A DNA stretch of 32,000 nt from Ferroglobus placidus DSM 10642 (GCF_000025505.1 NC_013849.1:180001-212000), one strand, 5' to 3'; counted from the stretch's first letter, positions 10,245-19,230 are shown. Translations and numbers: made by a program. Notes: generated from the letters alone by a model not told the origin.

Positions 10245-12290
10245 CTACCTGAGTAGCCTCATAGAGTTGAGAATCGCTATCAACGTCACACCAACATCCG
10301 CAAACACTGCCTCCCACATTGTAGCAAGACCCAAAGATCCGAGAGCGATAAATATTCCTTTGACCGCCAGCGCAAACGTTATGTTCTGCCATACGATTCT
10401 CTGAGTTCTCTTTGAGAGTTTTAGGCTCTCCGACACCTTAGACGGTTTGTCGTCCATCACCACTACATCTGCAATTTCAATTGCCGCATCACTTCCCATC
10501 GCTCCCATGGCAATGCCAACATCAGCTCTCGCTATAACCGGAGCGTCGTTTATCCCATCGCCAACAAAGGCAACGCTGTCATACTTCTTTTTGAGTTCTT
10601 CTATAACCTCCACCTTTTGCCATGGCATTAACTCTGCGTAAAAATCGTCCACTCCAAGCTCTTTTGCAATCCTCTCAGCGACTCTTTTACTATCACCTGT
10701 TACCATCACAACCTTACATCCACTCTTTTTGAGCTCTTCTATCGCTTTCTTGGCATCTTCTTTCGGCTCATCACTCACAATTATGTATCCGGCGTACTTA
10801 CCATTGACTGCCACATGAACAACCGTCTCGTCTCTAAAGCATTCGTGCTCAACGTTCAACTCGTGCATCATCGCATCGTTTCCAACCGCTATTTTTGTTC
10901 CATCTAATTCAGCAACAACACCCCTTCCCGGGATCTCTTTGTGAGATTTCACCTCAGCCCTCACTTCTCCGTAAGCCTCAACGATGCTCTTCGCTATCGG
11001 ATGGTTGGAGTTTTTCTCAGCAATAGCCGCAAGCTTCAGCACTTCCTCTTCCTTAAATCCGTTCTTTGTAACAATCCCAACGACTTTGAAGGAACCCTTA
11101 GTTAGTGTTCCGGTCTTGTCGAAAGCGAAAATTCTTGTTGAGGTTAATCGGTCTACGTAATTCGAACCTTTTACAAGCACACCAATCCTCGCAGCCTTAC
11201 CAATGGAAGCGAAATAGCTGAGAGGAATGGAAACAACGAGAGCACACGGACACGAGATGACGAGGAGGACAAGAGCTCTGTATATCCAAGGAGAAAATGG
11301 TTCGTTAAAAGCTATTGGAGGAATCGTGGATATTACTGCTGCCAAAGCTATAACTGCAGGAGTGTAGTATCTCGCGAATCTCGTTATGAACCTTTCCGCC
11401 TTAGCCTTTCTGCTGCTTGCTTCCTCAACGAGTTTAAGTATTTTGGAAACTGCCGATTCGCTGAAGCTTCTCGTTACTTTCACAACAATTAATCCGGAGA
11501 TGTTTACCATTCCAGAAAGCACTTCATCTCCGACAGCCACATCCCTCGGCTTTGATTCTCCAGTTAATGCGGAGGTGTCAACAACGGAATTTCCTTCCAC
11601 AATGACACCATCAAGAGGAATTTTTTCTCCCGGCTTCACGACGATTAGATCCCCAACCTTGACTTCCTCCGGCTTCACCCTTCTTACTTCTCCGTTCACT
11701 TTGAGATTCGCAAAGGTGGGCTTTATCTCCACCAAAGCCTTGATAGCTCTCCTCGATTTATCAACTGCCAGATCTTGTAGAAATTCTCCAACTCTGAAGA
11801 ACAGCATTACAGCCACAGCCTCTGGCAGCTCATGGATTGCTATCGCTCCAAGAGTCGCTATGGTTAAAAGGAAATTCTCATCAAAGACGACTTTATTTTT
11901 CAAATTCGTAATACCTTTCCAAATAATTTTCCAGCCGACTATGATGTAGGATGTTAGAAGAACAACGTATTCAGCCGGGAAAATTGCATGCAACTGTTCG
12001 TTAAATATTGTTCCAATTGCAAACAGAATAGCTGAGGTGAGAATAATTCCAATTTCTCTCTTCTTGTTTACATCAAGTTCCTCTTCTTTTTCAATGCTCT
12101 CCAATTCAACCTCCTGTTCCACTTTTTTCACAGTTTCAACAACCTTTTCGTGATCTTCGGCATCAACCACAAGCTCCGATGTGGCAAAGTTGACTGCTGC
12201 AAACTTCACACCATCTTGCTTTTTCAACTCCTCCTCTATTTCTAGAGCACAAGTCGCACAGTCCAGATTCTTGAGCTTGTACCTCTTCAT
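10245..12290 (-). CDS. Heavy-metal P1B-type ATPase, Zn/Cd/Pb-like signature
   Basis: 681 aa. The motifs are an N-terminal HMA domain (LDCATCA), the TM6 SCPCALVVS, DKTGTLT, SNHPIA, GDGINDAP, and a final TM FADVGVTLIAILNSMRLL. That last helix is the conserved-Asp type rather than the MxxSS type of Cu(I) pumps. Confidence 0.9.
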   Translation of the reverse strand: MKRYKLKNLDCATCALEIEEELKKQDGVKFAAVNFATSELVVDAEDHEKVVETVKKVEQEVELESIEKEEELDVNKKREIGIILTSAILFAIGTIFNEQLHAIFPAEYVVLLTSYIIVGWKIIWKGITNLKNKVVFDENFLLTIATLGAIAIHELPEAVAVMLFFRVGEFLQDLAVDKSRRAIKALVEIKPTFANLKVNGEVRRVKPEEVKVGDLIVVKPGEKIPLDGVIVEGNSVVDTSALTGESKPRDVAVGDEVLSGMVNISGLIVVKVTRSFSESAVSKILKLVEEASSRKAKAERFITRFARYYTPAVIALAAVISTIPPIAFNEPFSPWIYRALVLLVISCPCALVVSIPLSYFASIGKAARIGVLVKGSNYVDRLTSTRIFAFDKTGTLTKGSFKVVGIVTKNGFKEEEVLKLAAIAEKNSNHPIAKSIVEAYGEVRAEVKSHKEIPGRGVVAELDGTKIAVGNDAMMHELNVEHECFRDETVVHVAVNGKYAGYIIVSDEPKEDAKKAIEELKKSGCKVVMVTGDSKRVAERIAKELGVDDFYAELMPWQKVEVIEELKKKYDSVAFVGDGINDAPVIARADVGIAMGAMGSDAAIEIADVVVMDDKPSKVSESLKLSKRTQRIVWQNITFALAVKGIFIALGSLGLATMWEAVFADVGVTLIAILNSMRLLR

Positions 12291-12664
12291 TTTCTTCTCT
12301 CCTTAATATGCTCCATCGCAACCTTCAAAATTGCCTCAACATGCTCATCGTCGAGGGAGTAGTAGACGTTTCTTCCCGCTCTCCTATACTTCACGATCTT
12401 CTTATCCCGAAGAGTCCTGAGTTGATGCGAGATTGCCGAAACTGACAACCCGGTAATTGAGGATAAATCGCACGTGCACAATTCACCGATTGTAAGCGCT
12501 AATAGAATCTTGATCCTCGTTGAATCTGCAAAAGCTTCGAGAAACTCGGCTAACTCCACTATTAAGTCATCCTCTGGAAGTTTTGACAGTACTTCTTCCA
12601 CCTGCTGGTTGTTAAAGCTCTTACAGGTCGGAACACTTCTATCCATATTTGAGCAATTGCTCAA
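12287..12664 (-). CDS. ArsR/SmtB-family metalloregulator (CadC-like)
   Basis: Contains ELCTCDLSSITGLSVSAISHQLRTLRDKKIV plus N-terminal Cys residues (C4 and C14 if the TTG start is real). The start is either TTG 12664, overlapping the upstream stop as TTGA, or ATG 12646. Confidence 0.85.
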   Translation of the reverse strand: MSNCSNMDRSVPTCKSFNNQQVEEVLSKLPEDDLIVELAEFLEAFADSTRIKILLALTIGELCTCDLSSITGLSVSAISHQLRTLRDKKIVKYRRAGRNVYYSLDDEHVEAILKVAMEHIKERRK

Positions 12665-13566
12665 ATATCATATAAATGTTGTCCCCAAATGATTCTCAGT
12701 GCGACGAAAACGTGAGCTAAAACTAAGCCGATGATGCATGAAATTTCGTTTGCCAAAAAAGTTAACGCAGCCACTCTTGCACCAGTTTTATACCCGAAAA
12801 GGGATATGTTTAGAGGTACGGTGTACCTAACAGCTTCTACAGCCCTGTGCAATGCTAACGCTACAAAAAGGAGAATCAAAACTACCTCTTCGTTCAACTT
12901 ACCTTCCGAAAGAAGCGAACCAGCCACACCAAACCCAGCTAATGTGCTTCCAGCTCCAGCTAAAATTAGCATCGATCTCTCGTCGATAGGTGTAAAATTG
13001 TCCGAGTTTATTAAAAAAGCCGTGAGGAGGACAGTTAAAGAGATTATTAAAGAAACTCTGAAAAACGTTTTTAAAGCGAAGAGTAAAGAACTGAATACTG
13101 GTTGCTCGTTTCTATAGTCCATTATTGTTTCAGTTGACATAGTGATTTTTCTGCCAAAACTGTAGGCAATTCCAGCTATGATAAATTTCGAAAGTAGCTC
13201 TATTGTCAGAAACGAAACTCCGAGTTTGAAGCCAAGGGTGGAAATAGACACTGGAGCGAGGGTTAAAAAAGTGCTACGAATTGATAGCGGTAATAGACCC
13301 AATACTGACGCTATAACAACTTCTTTTTCATTGATAACTCCCTTTTTGTACATTTCTGCCAGAACGGATAGACCAACTGCTTTATCTGCGAAAAATGCAG
13401 CCACCGCAGCACTACTTCTAATTTTAAAAAACTTTACAGAGTATTTTGTAATGTGGCGAAAAATCGGTGAGGAGATTATCAAGCTTCCCGCAAGTATTCC
13501 GAGAAAAATTCTCGGTAGAATTGTTTGAAGTACAAGCACGGCTTCACCGATCACTTTTTCACTCAC
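12661..13566 (-). CDS. Polytopic membrane protein, first gene of the metal operon (possibly a nucleoside-recognition/Gate-type domain)
   Basis: 301-aa ORF with about 8 hydrophobic segments. Its stop overlaps the ArsR start. The family call is weak. Confidence 0.45.
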   Translation of the reverse strand: MSEKVIGEAVLVLQTILPRIFLGILAGSLIISSPIFRHITKYSVKFFKIRSSAAVAAFFADKAVGLSVLAEMYKKGVINEKEVVIASVLGLLPLSIRSTFLTLAPVSISTLGFKLGVSFLTIELLSKFIIAGIAYSFGRKITMSTETIMDYRNEQPVFSSLLFALKTFFRVSLIISLTVLLTAFLINSDNFTPIDERSMLILAGAGSTLAGFGVAGSLLSEGKLNEEVVLILLFVALALHRAVEAVRYTVPLNISLFGYKTGARVAALTFLANEISCIIGLVLAHVFVALRIIWGQHLYDI

Positions 13567-13660
13567 TTCTTCAACATAAAACGATTTTCAAATAAGTTTT
13601 TCCAAAATTTCAAATTACTATAACATAAATTGCTACGTAAATTTAAAATCAAACATTGTT

Positions 13661-13669
13661 AGTGTTAAG
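13661..13669. repeat. Left copy of the IS1 target-site duplication AGTGTTAA(G)
   Basis: An identical 9-mer recurs at 14427-14435, immediately outside the other IS end. Confidence 0.85.
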
Positions 13670-13701
13670 GTAATGCCTCAGTAATGTTTATATTCAATTA
13701 G

Positions 13702-14001
13702 TTGGATAAATCGGTGATGATGTGTCCGCATTGCAAATCGATAAAAACTGTGAAAATGGGCTGTTATTACACGAAATCTGGTGAGAGGAGGCAGAGATAC
13801 AAATGCAAGAGCTGCGGGAGAACTTTCGTTTTGAATCCGATAAAGCCGAGGAATTATCCCGAGGAATTTAAGGAGATGGTAGTTAGAGCTGTTGTGAAGG
13901 AGGGTGTAGGGATAAGACAAGCGAGCAGAATTTTCAAGCTTTCTCCTAACACTGTGACAGCTTGGGTAAGAGAATTTTCTAAAAAAAGACCTGAGAAATG
14001 A
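13702..14001 (+). CDS. IS1 orfA (InsA-like Zn-finger/HTH protein)
   Basis: Contains CPHC...CKSCGRTF and an HTH (GIRQASRIFKLSPNTVTAWV). It ends just after an A7 run at 13981-13987. Confidence 0.8.
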   Translation: MDKSVMMCPHCKSIKTVKMGCYYTKSGERRQRYKCKSCGRTFVLNPIKPRNYPEEFKEMVVRAVVKEGVGIRQASRIFKLSPNTVTAWVREFSKKRPEK

Positions 14002-14416
14002 GATTAGATCGGAAAAGCCTGTTATCGAGTTAGATGAAGCTTGGAGTTTTGTTAAGAAAAAGGAAAACGAAATCTGGATTTGGATTGCTTTAGAGAGAAA
14101 TTCCCGAAAAATAATAAGTTATGCAATAGGAGATCGTTCTGTGGATACTTTCAAGAAATTGTGGGACGGAATTGGCGATGAAATAAAGCGGAAAGCAATT
14201 TTCTACACGGATCGCTGGGACGCTTATAATTTGATTCCTTACAGGCAGAGAATCGTAAGAAGAGGAGGAACGAACCACGTTGAAAGGTTATTCTTAACTC
14301 TGAGAAATGATAATCCGAGATTCGCAAGAAAATCAATCAGATTCTCAAAATCCTCGGAAATGCTCGAAAATTCTTTTAAATTGTGGATTCATTACTATAA
14401 TTTATCAACATTATAG
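13970..14416 (+). CDS. IS1 orfB (InsB-like DDE transposase domain), open frame without its own canonical start
   Basis: The frame is open from 13970. Recognisable segments are ELDEAWSFV...IFYTDRWDAYN...GTNHVERLFLTLRN...WIHYYN. It lies in the +1 frame relative to orfA and overlaps it across the A7 run. Confidence 0.75.
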   Translation, partial: ENFLKKDLRNEIRSEKPVIELDEAWSFVKKKENEIWIWIALERNSRKIISYAIGDRSVDTFKKLWDGIGDEIKRKAIFYTDRWDAYNLIPYRQRIVRRGGTNHVERLFLTLRNDNPRFARKSIRFSKSSEMLENSFKLWIHYYNLSTL

Positions 14417-14426
14417 TGACACTACC

Positions 14427-14435
14427 AGTGTTAAG
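14427..14435. repeat. Right copy of the IS1 target-site duplication AGTGTTAA(G)
   Basis: It matches 13661-13669. Confidence 0.85.
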
Positions 14436-14475
14436 AATAGAAAAACTTTTAAGAAATTTGATGTAGCCATTGTAA

Positions 14476-15216
14476 ATGATCGACATAAAAGAAGAAATAA
14501 GAAGGTACTGGGACTACAGGAGCAGGGATTACGACCTTTCTCCCGGACACTCGGGTTTGCCGGAGGTGTGGAAAGAGGTTTTAGCGGAAATTTTCGAAGA
14601 CAAAATGAGAATTTTGGACGTTGGCACGGGAACCGGTTTTTTAGCAGTAATACTGGCTGAGCTCGGTCACGAGGTTGTTGGAATTGACATATCTGAAGAA
14701 ATGCTAAAAGTGGCTCGAAGAAAGGCGGTAGATAAAGGAGTTCGTATTGACTTTAGAGTTGGTGATGCCGAAAATTTGCCTTTTGATGACGAAGAATTCG
14801 ATGCAGCAGTATGTAGACACGTTCTTTGGACTTTACCAAACCCGGAAAGAGCGATAAGTGAATGGAAGAGAGTCGTGAAAAAAGGAGGTAAAGTTGTCAT
14901 CATAGATGGAAATTGGGAACACGGAATTCTCGCTACGCTAAAAAGACTTTTGGGAAAAGCGGGAATGGTAATTTTTGAAGGAAAGCTTCCAAAAAACAAT
15001 TCTTACAGCAAGGAAGTTAAGAAAGCACTCCCATGCTACGGATCTCTGACTGAAGAGAAAGTATTTGAGCTCATGAAAAAGGCGGGATTGTCGAGAATTT
15101 CCATCAGAGATTTAACTTGGATAAGGAAGTTGATTCTCAAAAATAGACCGGCATATTACAGATTCGCTTGGAGCGGTAAATCGTACTTTTTGGCTGAAGG
15201 TGTAAAGGAGGTGTAA
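14476..15216 (+). CDS. Class I SAM-dependent methyltransferase
   Basis: Motif I is ILDVGTGTGFLAVILAELGHEVVGIDISEEML; the post-I acidic residue and the motif II/III spacing fit. A TATA-like CTTTTAAGAAA lies about 25 nt upstream of the ATG. Confidence 0.85.
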   Translation: MIDIKEEIRRYWDYRSRDYDLSPGHSGLPEVWKEVLAEIFEDKMRILDVGTGTGFLAVILAELGHEVVGIDISEEMLKVARRKAVDKGVRIDFRVGDAENLPFDDEEFDAAVCRHVLWTLPNPERAISEWKRVVKKGGKVVIIDGNWEHGILATLKRLLGKAGMVIFEGKLPKNNSYSKEVKKALPCYGSLTEEKVFELMKKAGLSRISIRDLTWIRKLILKNRPAYYRFAWSGKSYFLAEGVKEV

Positions 15217-15220
15217 AGCT

Positions 15221-16324
15221 TTGAAGAAAATTGGAGTTTTTGTTCTATTATTGCTTGTTTTAGCATCCGGCTGTGCTCAGAAGGAGGTAAAAAAGGTCGA
15301 AGAAAGGAAAAGTGTAATTGTAGAGGATCTGATGGGAAGGAAAGTTGAGGTAAAGGTTCCGGTGGAAAGAGTAGTCATTACGTTTAACGTCGAAGAGTAC
15401 GTGGCTGTGGGAGGTGTCGATGCTCTTAAGAAGATAGTCGGTTGGAGCAAATATTACTGGGAGGGCAGAAGACCAACGGTCTGGAAAACGTATATCGAAA
15501 GGTATCCATGGATCGACGAGATTCCCGACGTTGGCTACCCTTGGAAGGGTACGTTCAGCGCTGAAAAGGTAATCGAGCTGCAACCGGATGTTGTTATAAT
15601 GTCGAAGGAGCAGTACAAATACGTAAAGGACGATATAGCAAAACTTGAAAAAGCGGGAATTCCGGTTGTCTTCATAGATTATTACAGACCTTTCAACATA
15701 TCTACCCACGAAAAAAGCACGTTAATTCTTGGTAAGTTGCTTGGAAAAGAGGAGAGGGCGAAAGAGCTAATTGAACACTACAAAAAAGAAGTTGAAGGCG
15801 TTCTAAAAAGGCTAAGTGAGATTGAGAAAACCTACGAAAGACCGAAAGTTCTCCTTCTCGGGAAGGGGTGGACGAGTTATGGAAGCAAGCACTACAGAGG
15901 GGAGATGATCGAATTTGCCGGAGGAAGAAACATAGCTTCAGAAGTTCTTGAACAGTCTGGAGAGATAAGTCCGGAATACGTTCTGAAAGAAAATCCAGAC
16001 GTTGTAATTTTCATAGGAAAGAAGGGATGGAACGTAGATCTCGGATACGGAATTGACAGAGAATTGGCGGAGAGGATGCTTGAAGAGCAAATCAAACGAC
16101 CCGGCTGGGAAAATCTGAATGCTGTTAAGAACAAGAGAGTTTACGCGATCCACATATACTTCGTCCACGGACACATTTTCGATTTTGTGGCTTTGCAGTA
16201 TTTTGCCAAGTGGTTTTATCCAGAGGAGTTCAAGGATTTAGATCCGGAAAATTCCTGGAAAGAGTTTCACGAGAAGTTCCTGCCAGTAGATTACAGCGGA
16301 ACCTGGGCTGTGAAGCTGGAGTAA
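15221..16324 (+). CDS. ABC transporter substrate-binding lipoprotein (iron-chelate/corrinoid cluster-A type, BtuF/FecB-like)
   Basis: It has the lipobox LLVLASGC. The size and operon context (FecCD permease plus ATPase) fit. The start is TTG. Confidence 0.8.
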   Translation: MKKIGVFVLLLLVLASGCAQKEVKKVEERKSVIVEDLMGRKVEVKVPVERVVITFNVEEYVAVGGVDALKKIVGWSKYYWEGRRPTVWKTYIERYPWIDEIPDVGYPWKGTFSAEKVIELQPDVVIMSKEQYKYVKDDIAKLEKAGIPVVFIDYYRPFNISTHEKSTLILGKLLGKEERAKELIEHYKKEVEGVLKRLSEIEKTYERPKVLLLGKGWTSYGSKHYRGEMIEFAGGRNIASEVLEQSGEISPEYVLKENPDVVIFIGKKGWNVDLGYGIDRELAERMLEEQIKRPGWENLNAVKNKRVYAIHIYFVHGHIFDFVALQYFAKWFYPEEFKDLDPENSWKEFHEKFLPVDYSGTWAVKLE

Positions 16325-16325
16325 T

Positions 16326-17360
16326 ATGTCGGATGTGGCAGAGATCTACTCAAAAATCGTTCAAAAACGTTTTTTATTTATTTTCCTGTTTTTAATTCTC
16401 TCTTCGCTAATATCCCTTGTAAACTTAATCGTTGGTCCAGCTAAACTGAGCGTTCTTGAAATTCTCCAGAGCTTGACTTCCCCAAGCAAGAATACTGCGA
16501 GCGTTGTTGTGTGGGAATACAGACTTCCATGGACGCTTATGGCGATCCTCGTTGGAGGTGCCCTCGGATTGGCTGGTTTACAAATGCAGACTATCTTAAA
16601 CAACCCGTTAGCAAGTCCGTACACTCTTGGCATATCTTCGGGAGCTGGATTTGGGGCTGCATTGGCTTACGTGCTTGGAATTCACATTATAGCTGTTCCA
16701 TCGGAGTTCATCGTTCCGATAAACGCTTTCGTTTTTTCTTTTCTCACGTGCATGCTGATATTGCTCATTGGGAAGGTGAGAGGGTTCACAAGCGAGACGC
16801 TTATTCTCGGAGGAATAGCGATCTCTTTTATGTTCCAGTCTTTATTAGCACTGCTTGAATATTACGCAAGCGAAGAAGCTCTTCAGGCGATAGTCTTCTG
16901 GCTTTTCGGGAGTTTAACTAAAGCATCCTTGCTTAAAGCTCAAATAGTGGCGGTAGTTTTGGTTGCGGTGACAATTCTGCTCCTCTTCAGATCCTGGAAA
17001 ATTACAGCTTTGAGACTGGGGGAGGAAAAAGCGAAATCTCTTGGTGTTGACGTGGAGTCGTTGAGAGTGGAAATTCTGCTCTACGTGTCAATTCTTACGT
17101 CTGTAGCGATATGTTTTGTCGGCATAATTGGTTTTGTCGGACTCGTCGCTCCGCACATTGCAAGAATCCTTCTCGGAGAGGATCAGAGGTTTTTGATTGT
17201 TGGATCAATCTTATGCGGTGGATTAATTCTTTCCGCCGGAGCGGTTGTCAGTAAAACGATCGTTCCTGGAGCGATATTCCCGATAGGAATAATAACGTCG
17301 ATGCTCGGGATACCTTTCTTCTTATTCCTCGTATTGAAAGGGAGGAGGGAGATATGGTAG
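16326..17360 (+). CDS. FecCD/BtuC-family ABC permease
   Basis: 344 aa with about 9-10 TM helices. The family-typical segments are LGLAGLQMQTILNNPLASPYTLGISSGA and GIIGFVGLVAPHIARIL. Confidence 0.9.
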   Translation: MSDVAEIYSKIVQKRFLFIFLFLILSSLISLVNLIVGPAKLSVLEILQSLTSPSKNTASVVVWEYRLPWTLMAILVGGALGLAGLQMQTILNNPLASPYTLGISSGAGFGAALAYVLGIHIIAVPSEFIVPINAFVFSFLTCMLILLIGKVRGFTSETLILGGIAISFMFQSLLALLEYYASEEALQAIVFWLFGSLTKASLLKAQIVAVVLVAVTILLLFRSWKITALRLGEEKAKSLGVDVESLRVEILLYVSILTSVAICFVGIIGFVGLVAPHIARILLGEDQRFLIVGSILCGGLILSAGAVVSKTIVPGAIFPIGIITSMLGIPFFLFLVLKGRREIW

Positions 17361-18154
17361 TCGTTGAAGTAAAAGACGTTAAATTCGGTTACAATTCCTC
17401 GGAAGAGATTTTAAAAGGAGTTAGCTTTAAATCGAATCCGGGAGAAATAACCGCCGTAATAGGTCCGAACGGGGCTGGCAAGTCGACTCTTTTGAAAATA
17501 ATAGCGAAAATCCTAAAGCCTAAATCTGGAACGGTGCTATTTGACGGAAAAAATCTGAGTAGAGAAGAAACGACAAAAATCGTAAGCTACTTGCCGCAGG
17601 AAAGTTCAATTCCCGGAATTTTGACAGTTTTCGAAGCTGTTCTCCTCGGAAGACTTCCACATTTGTCGTGGAGAGTAAAGAGAGAAGATCTTGAGATTAC
17701 GAAGAACGTTCTTACCGAACTTAGGCTTGAGAGGTATGCGGAAAGATATACCAATCAGTTAAGTGGGGGAGAAAGACAGATGGTGCTTATAGCTCAAGCT
17801 CTCGTAAGAGAGCCGAAAGTTCTGCTTTTAGACGAGCCTGTGTCGAATTTAGACATGAGAAACCAGCTTGAGATACTCGAACTCATCAGAAGGTTCTCCA
17901 AAGAAAAGGAAATTTCCACCATCGTAATTTTACACGATCTAAACTTGGCAGCGAAATATGCAGATAAAATAGTATTACTAAATAATGGAAGTGTTCGGGC
18001 GTATGGAGGTGTAAAATCCGTGCTTCGTCCAGAAGTTTTGGCTGAAGTTTACGGAGTTGAAGTTGACATAATAAGCTCGAACGATGATAGTATTCGGGTT
18101 TTTCCGATAAAACCACTTTCGGATTTTCGCGGTGAAAGGATTAAAGTTTTGTAG
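17354..18154 (+). CDS. ABC transporter ATP-binding protein (FepC/BtuD-like)
   Basis: Walker A is GPNGAGKST, the signature is LSGGERQ, and Walker B is LLLDEP. It overlaps the permease gene by 7 nt. Confidence 0.9.
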   Translation: MVVVEVKDVKFGYNSSEEILKGVSFKSNPGEITAVIGPNGAGKSTLLKIIAKILKPKSGTVLFDGKNLSREETTKIVSYLPQESSIPGILTVFEAVLLGRLPHLSWRVKREDLEITKNVLTELRLERYAERYTNQLSGGERQMVLIAQALVREPKVLLLDEPVSNLDMRNQLEILELIRRFSKEKEISTIVILHDLNLAAKYADKIVLLNNGSVRAYGGVKSVLRPEVLAEVYGVEVDIISSNDDSIRVFPIKPLSDFRGERIKVL

Positions 18155-18174
18155 GAAAAATTCATAGCTCTTTT

Positions 18175-19191
18175 ATGATGAGTAGAAGAACGTTTTTAAA
18201 AAGCACGCTGGCGATTTTACTTTCTAGCTGCGTTACGAGAAAATCTGAAAGTAAGATTGAAGAGAGAACGATTACAGAATTCCCGAAAGCTAAAGATTCG
18301 AAAGTTTACGTCGTAAAAACTGAAAATAGAGAATACGGAGTTGAAAAACTCCTCGAAAACTTTGACCTCGAAGGTATTAAAGAATCGAGAGTGGCGATAA
18401 AAGCGAACTACAACAGCGCCGATCCTTTTCCAGCTACAACTCATCTAAAAACGCTATCGGCAATAGTAGATAAGCTAAAAGAGTTGAAAGCGCAAGTGAT
18501 ACTCGCTGAGCGAAGCGGAATGGGGGAAACAAGACGAGTTCTCGAAGAAATGGGCGTTATTAGCCTCGCTGCAAAAAAAGAGTTTGACGTTGTCGTTCTC
18601 GATGATCTAAAAGCCGAAGATTGGGTGAGAGAAAAATTCGAGGGAATGAACTGGAAAAGAGGCTACTTGTTTCCAAGAGTTTTTAAAGAAAGTGCAGTCG
18701 TTCAAACCTGCTGCTTGAAAACCCACAGATTCGGGGGACACTTCACGCTATCGCTGAAAAACAGCGTCGGGATGGTGGCGAAATTCGATCCCCTCGACGG
18801 ATACAACTACATGGCTGAACTTCATTCGTCGAAGAACATGAGAAAGATGATTGCAGAAATCAACGTCTCGTATCAACCAGAGTTCGTAGTTCTCGACGCT
18901 ATCAAAGGTTTTTCTACCGGTGGTCCAGAAACCGGATCGATTATAGAGCCGAAACTCATGATAGCAAGTAGAGACAGAGTTGCCGTTGACGCTGTGGGAG
19001 TAGCCATTCTCAGAATCTACGGAACGACGAGAGAAGTTTCGAAGGGAAGCGTTTTCGAACAGGAGCAGATAGCGAGGGCGGTTGAGTTAAACCTGGGAGC
19101 AAAATCTCCAGAAGATATCGAGCTAATACCGCTGAACAGAGAAGCTGAAGAGATGTGCGAGAAAATTGAAGAGATGTTGAAGCAAGTGTAG
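18175..19191 (+). CDS. DUF362-domain protein with a Tat-type lipoprotein signal
   Basis: The N-terminus MMSRRTFLKSTLAILLSSC carries a twin-arginine SRRxFLK motif plus a lipobox Cys. The DUF362 assignment is from memory of the overall pattern. Confidence 0.6.
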   Translation: MMSRRTFLKSTLAILLSSCVTRKSESKIEERTITEFPKAKDSKVYVVKTENREYGVEKLLENFDLEGIKESRVAIKANYNSADPFPATTHLKTLSAIVDKLKELKAQVILAERSGMGETRRVLEEMGVISLAAKKEFDVVVLDDLKAEDWVREKFEGMNWKRGYLFPRVFKESAVVQTCCLKTHRFGGHFTLSLKNSVGMVAKFDPLDGYNYMAELHSSKNMRKMIAEINVSYQPEFVVLDAIKGFSTGGPETGSIIEPKLMIASRDRVAVDAVGVAILRIYGTTREVSKGSVFEQEQIARAVELNLGAKSPEDIELIPLNREAEEMCEKIEEMLKQV

Positions 19192-19230
19192 ATATACTGC
19201 GAAGATTTCACGGATTTTTCTTATAAGAAG

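Larger units (their letters stand above)
13669..14426 (+). mobile_element. IS1-family insertion sequence, copy 1 (about 758 bp)
   Basis: The terminal inverted repeats are GGTAATGCCTCAGTAATGTT and GGTAGTGTCACTATAATGTT (16/22 identical). They begin GGTAATG/GGTAGTG, as IS1 ends do as I recall. The element carries a Zn-finger/HTH orfA plus a DDE orfB and is flanked by an 8-9 bp direct repeat. Confidence 0.85.

Noticed and set aside
11386-11949. A 187-aa plus-strand ORF inside the P-type ATPase gene
   Set aside because: It is antisense to a gene with complete P1B-ATPase motifs. Its translation is S/T/L-rich with no recognisable features.
14307-14660. A 117-aa ORF running from inside IS1 copy 1 across its end into the methyltransferase gene
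   Set aside because: It crosses the IS boundary and overlaps two better-supported genes in other frames, so it is a chance ORF. Its NCGFITIIYQHYSDTT segment is simply the alternative frame that copy 2 uses after its 1-nt indel.
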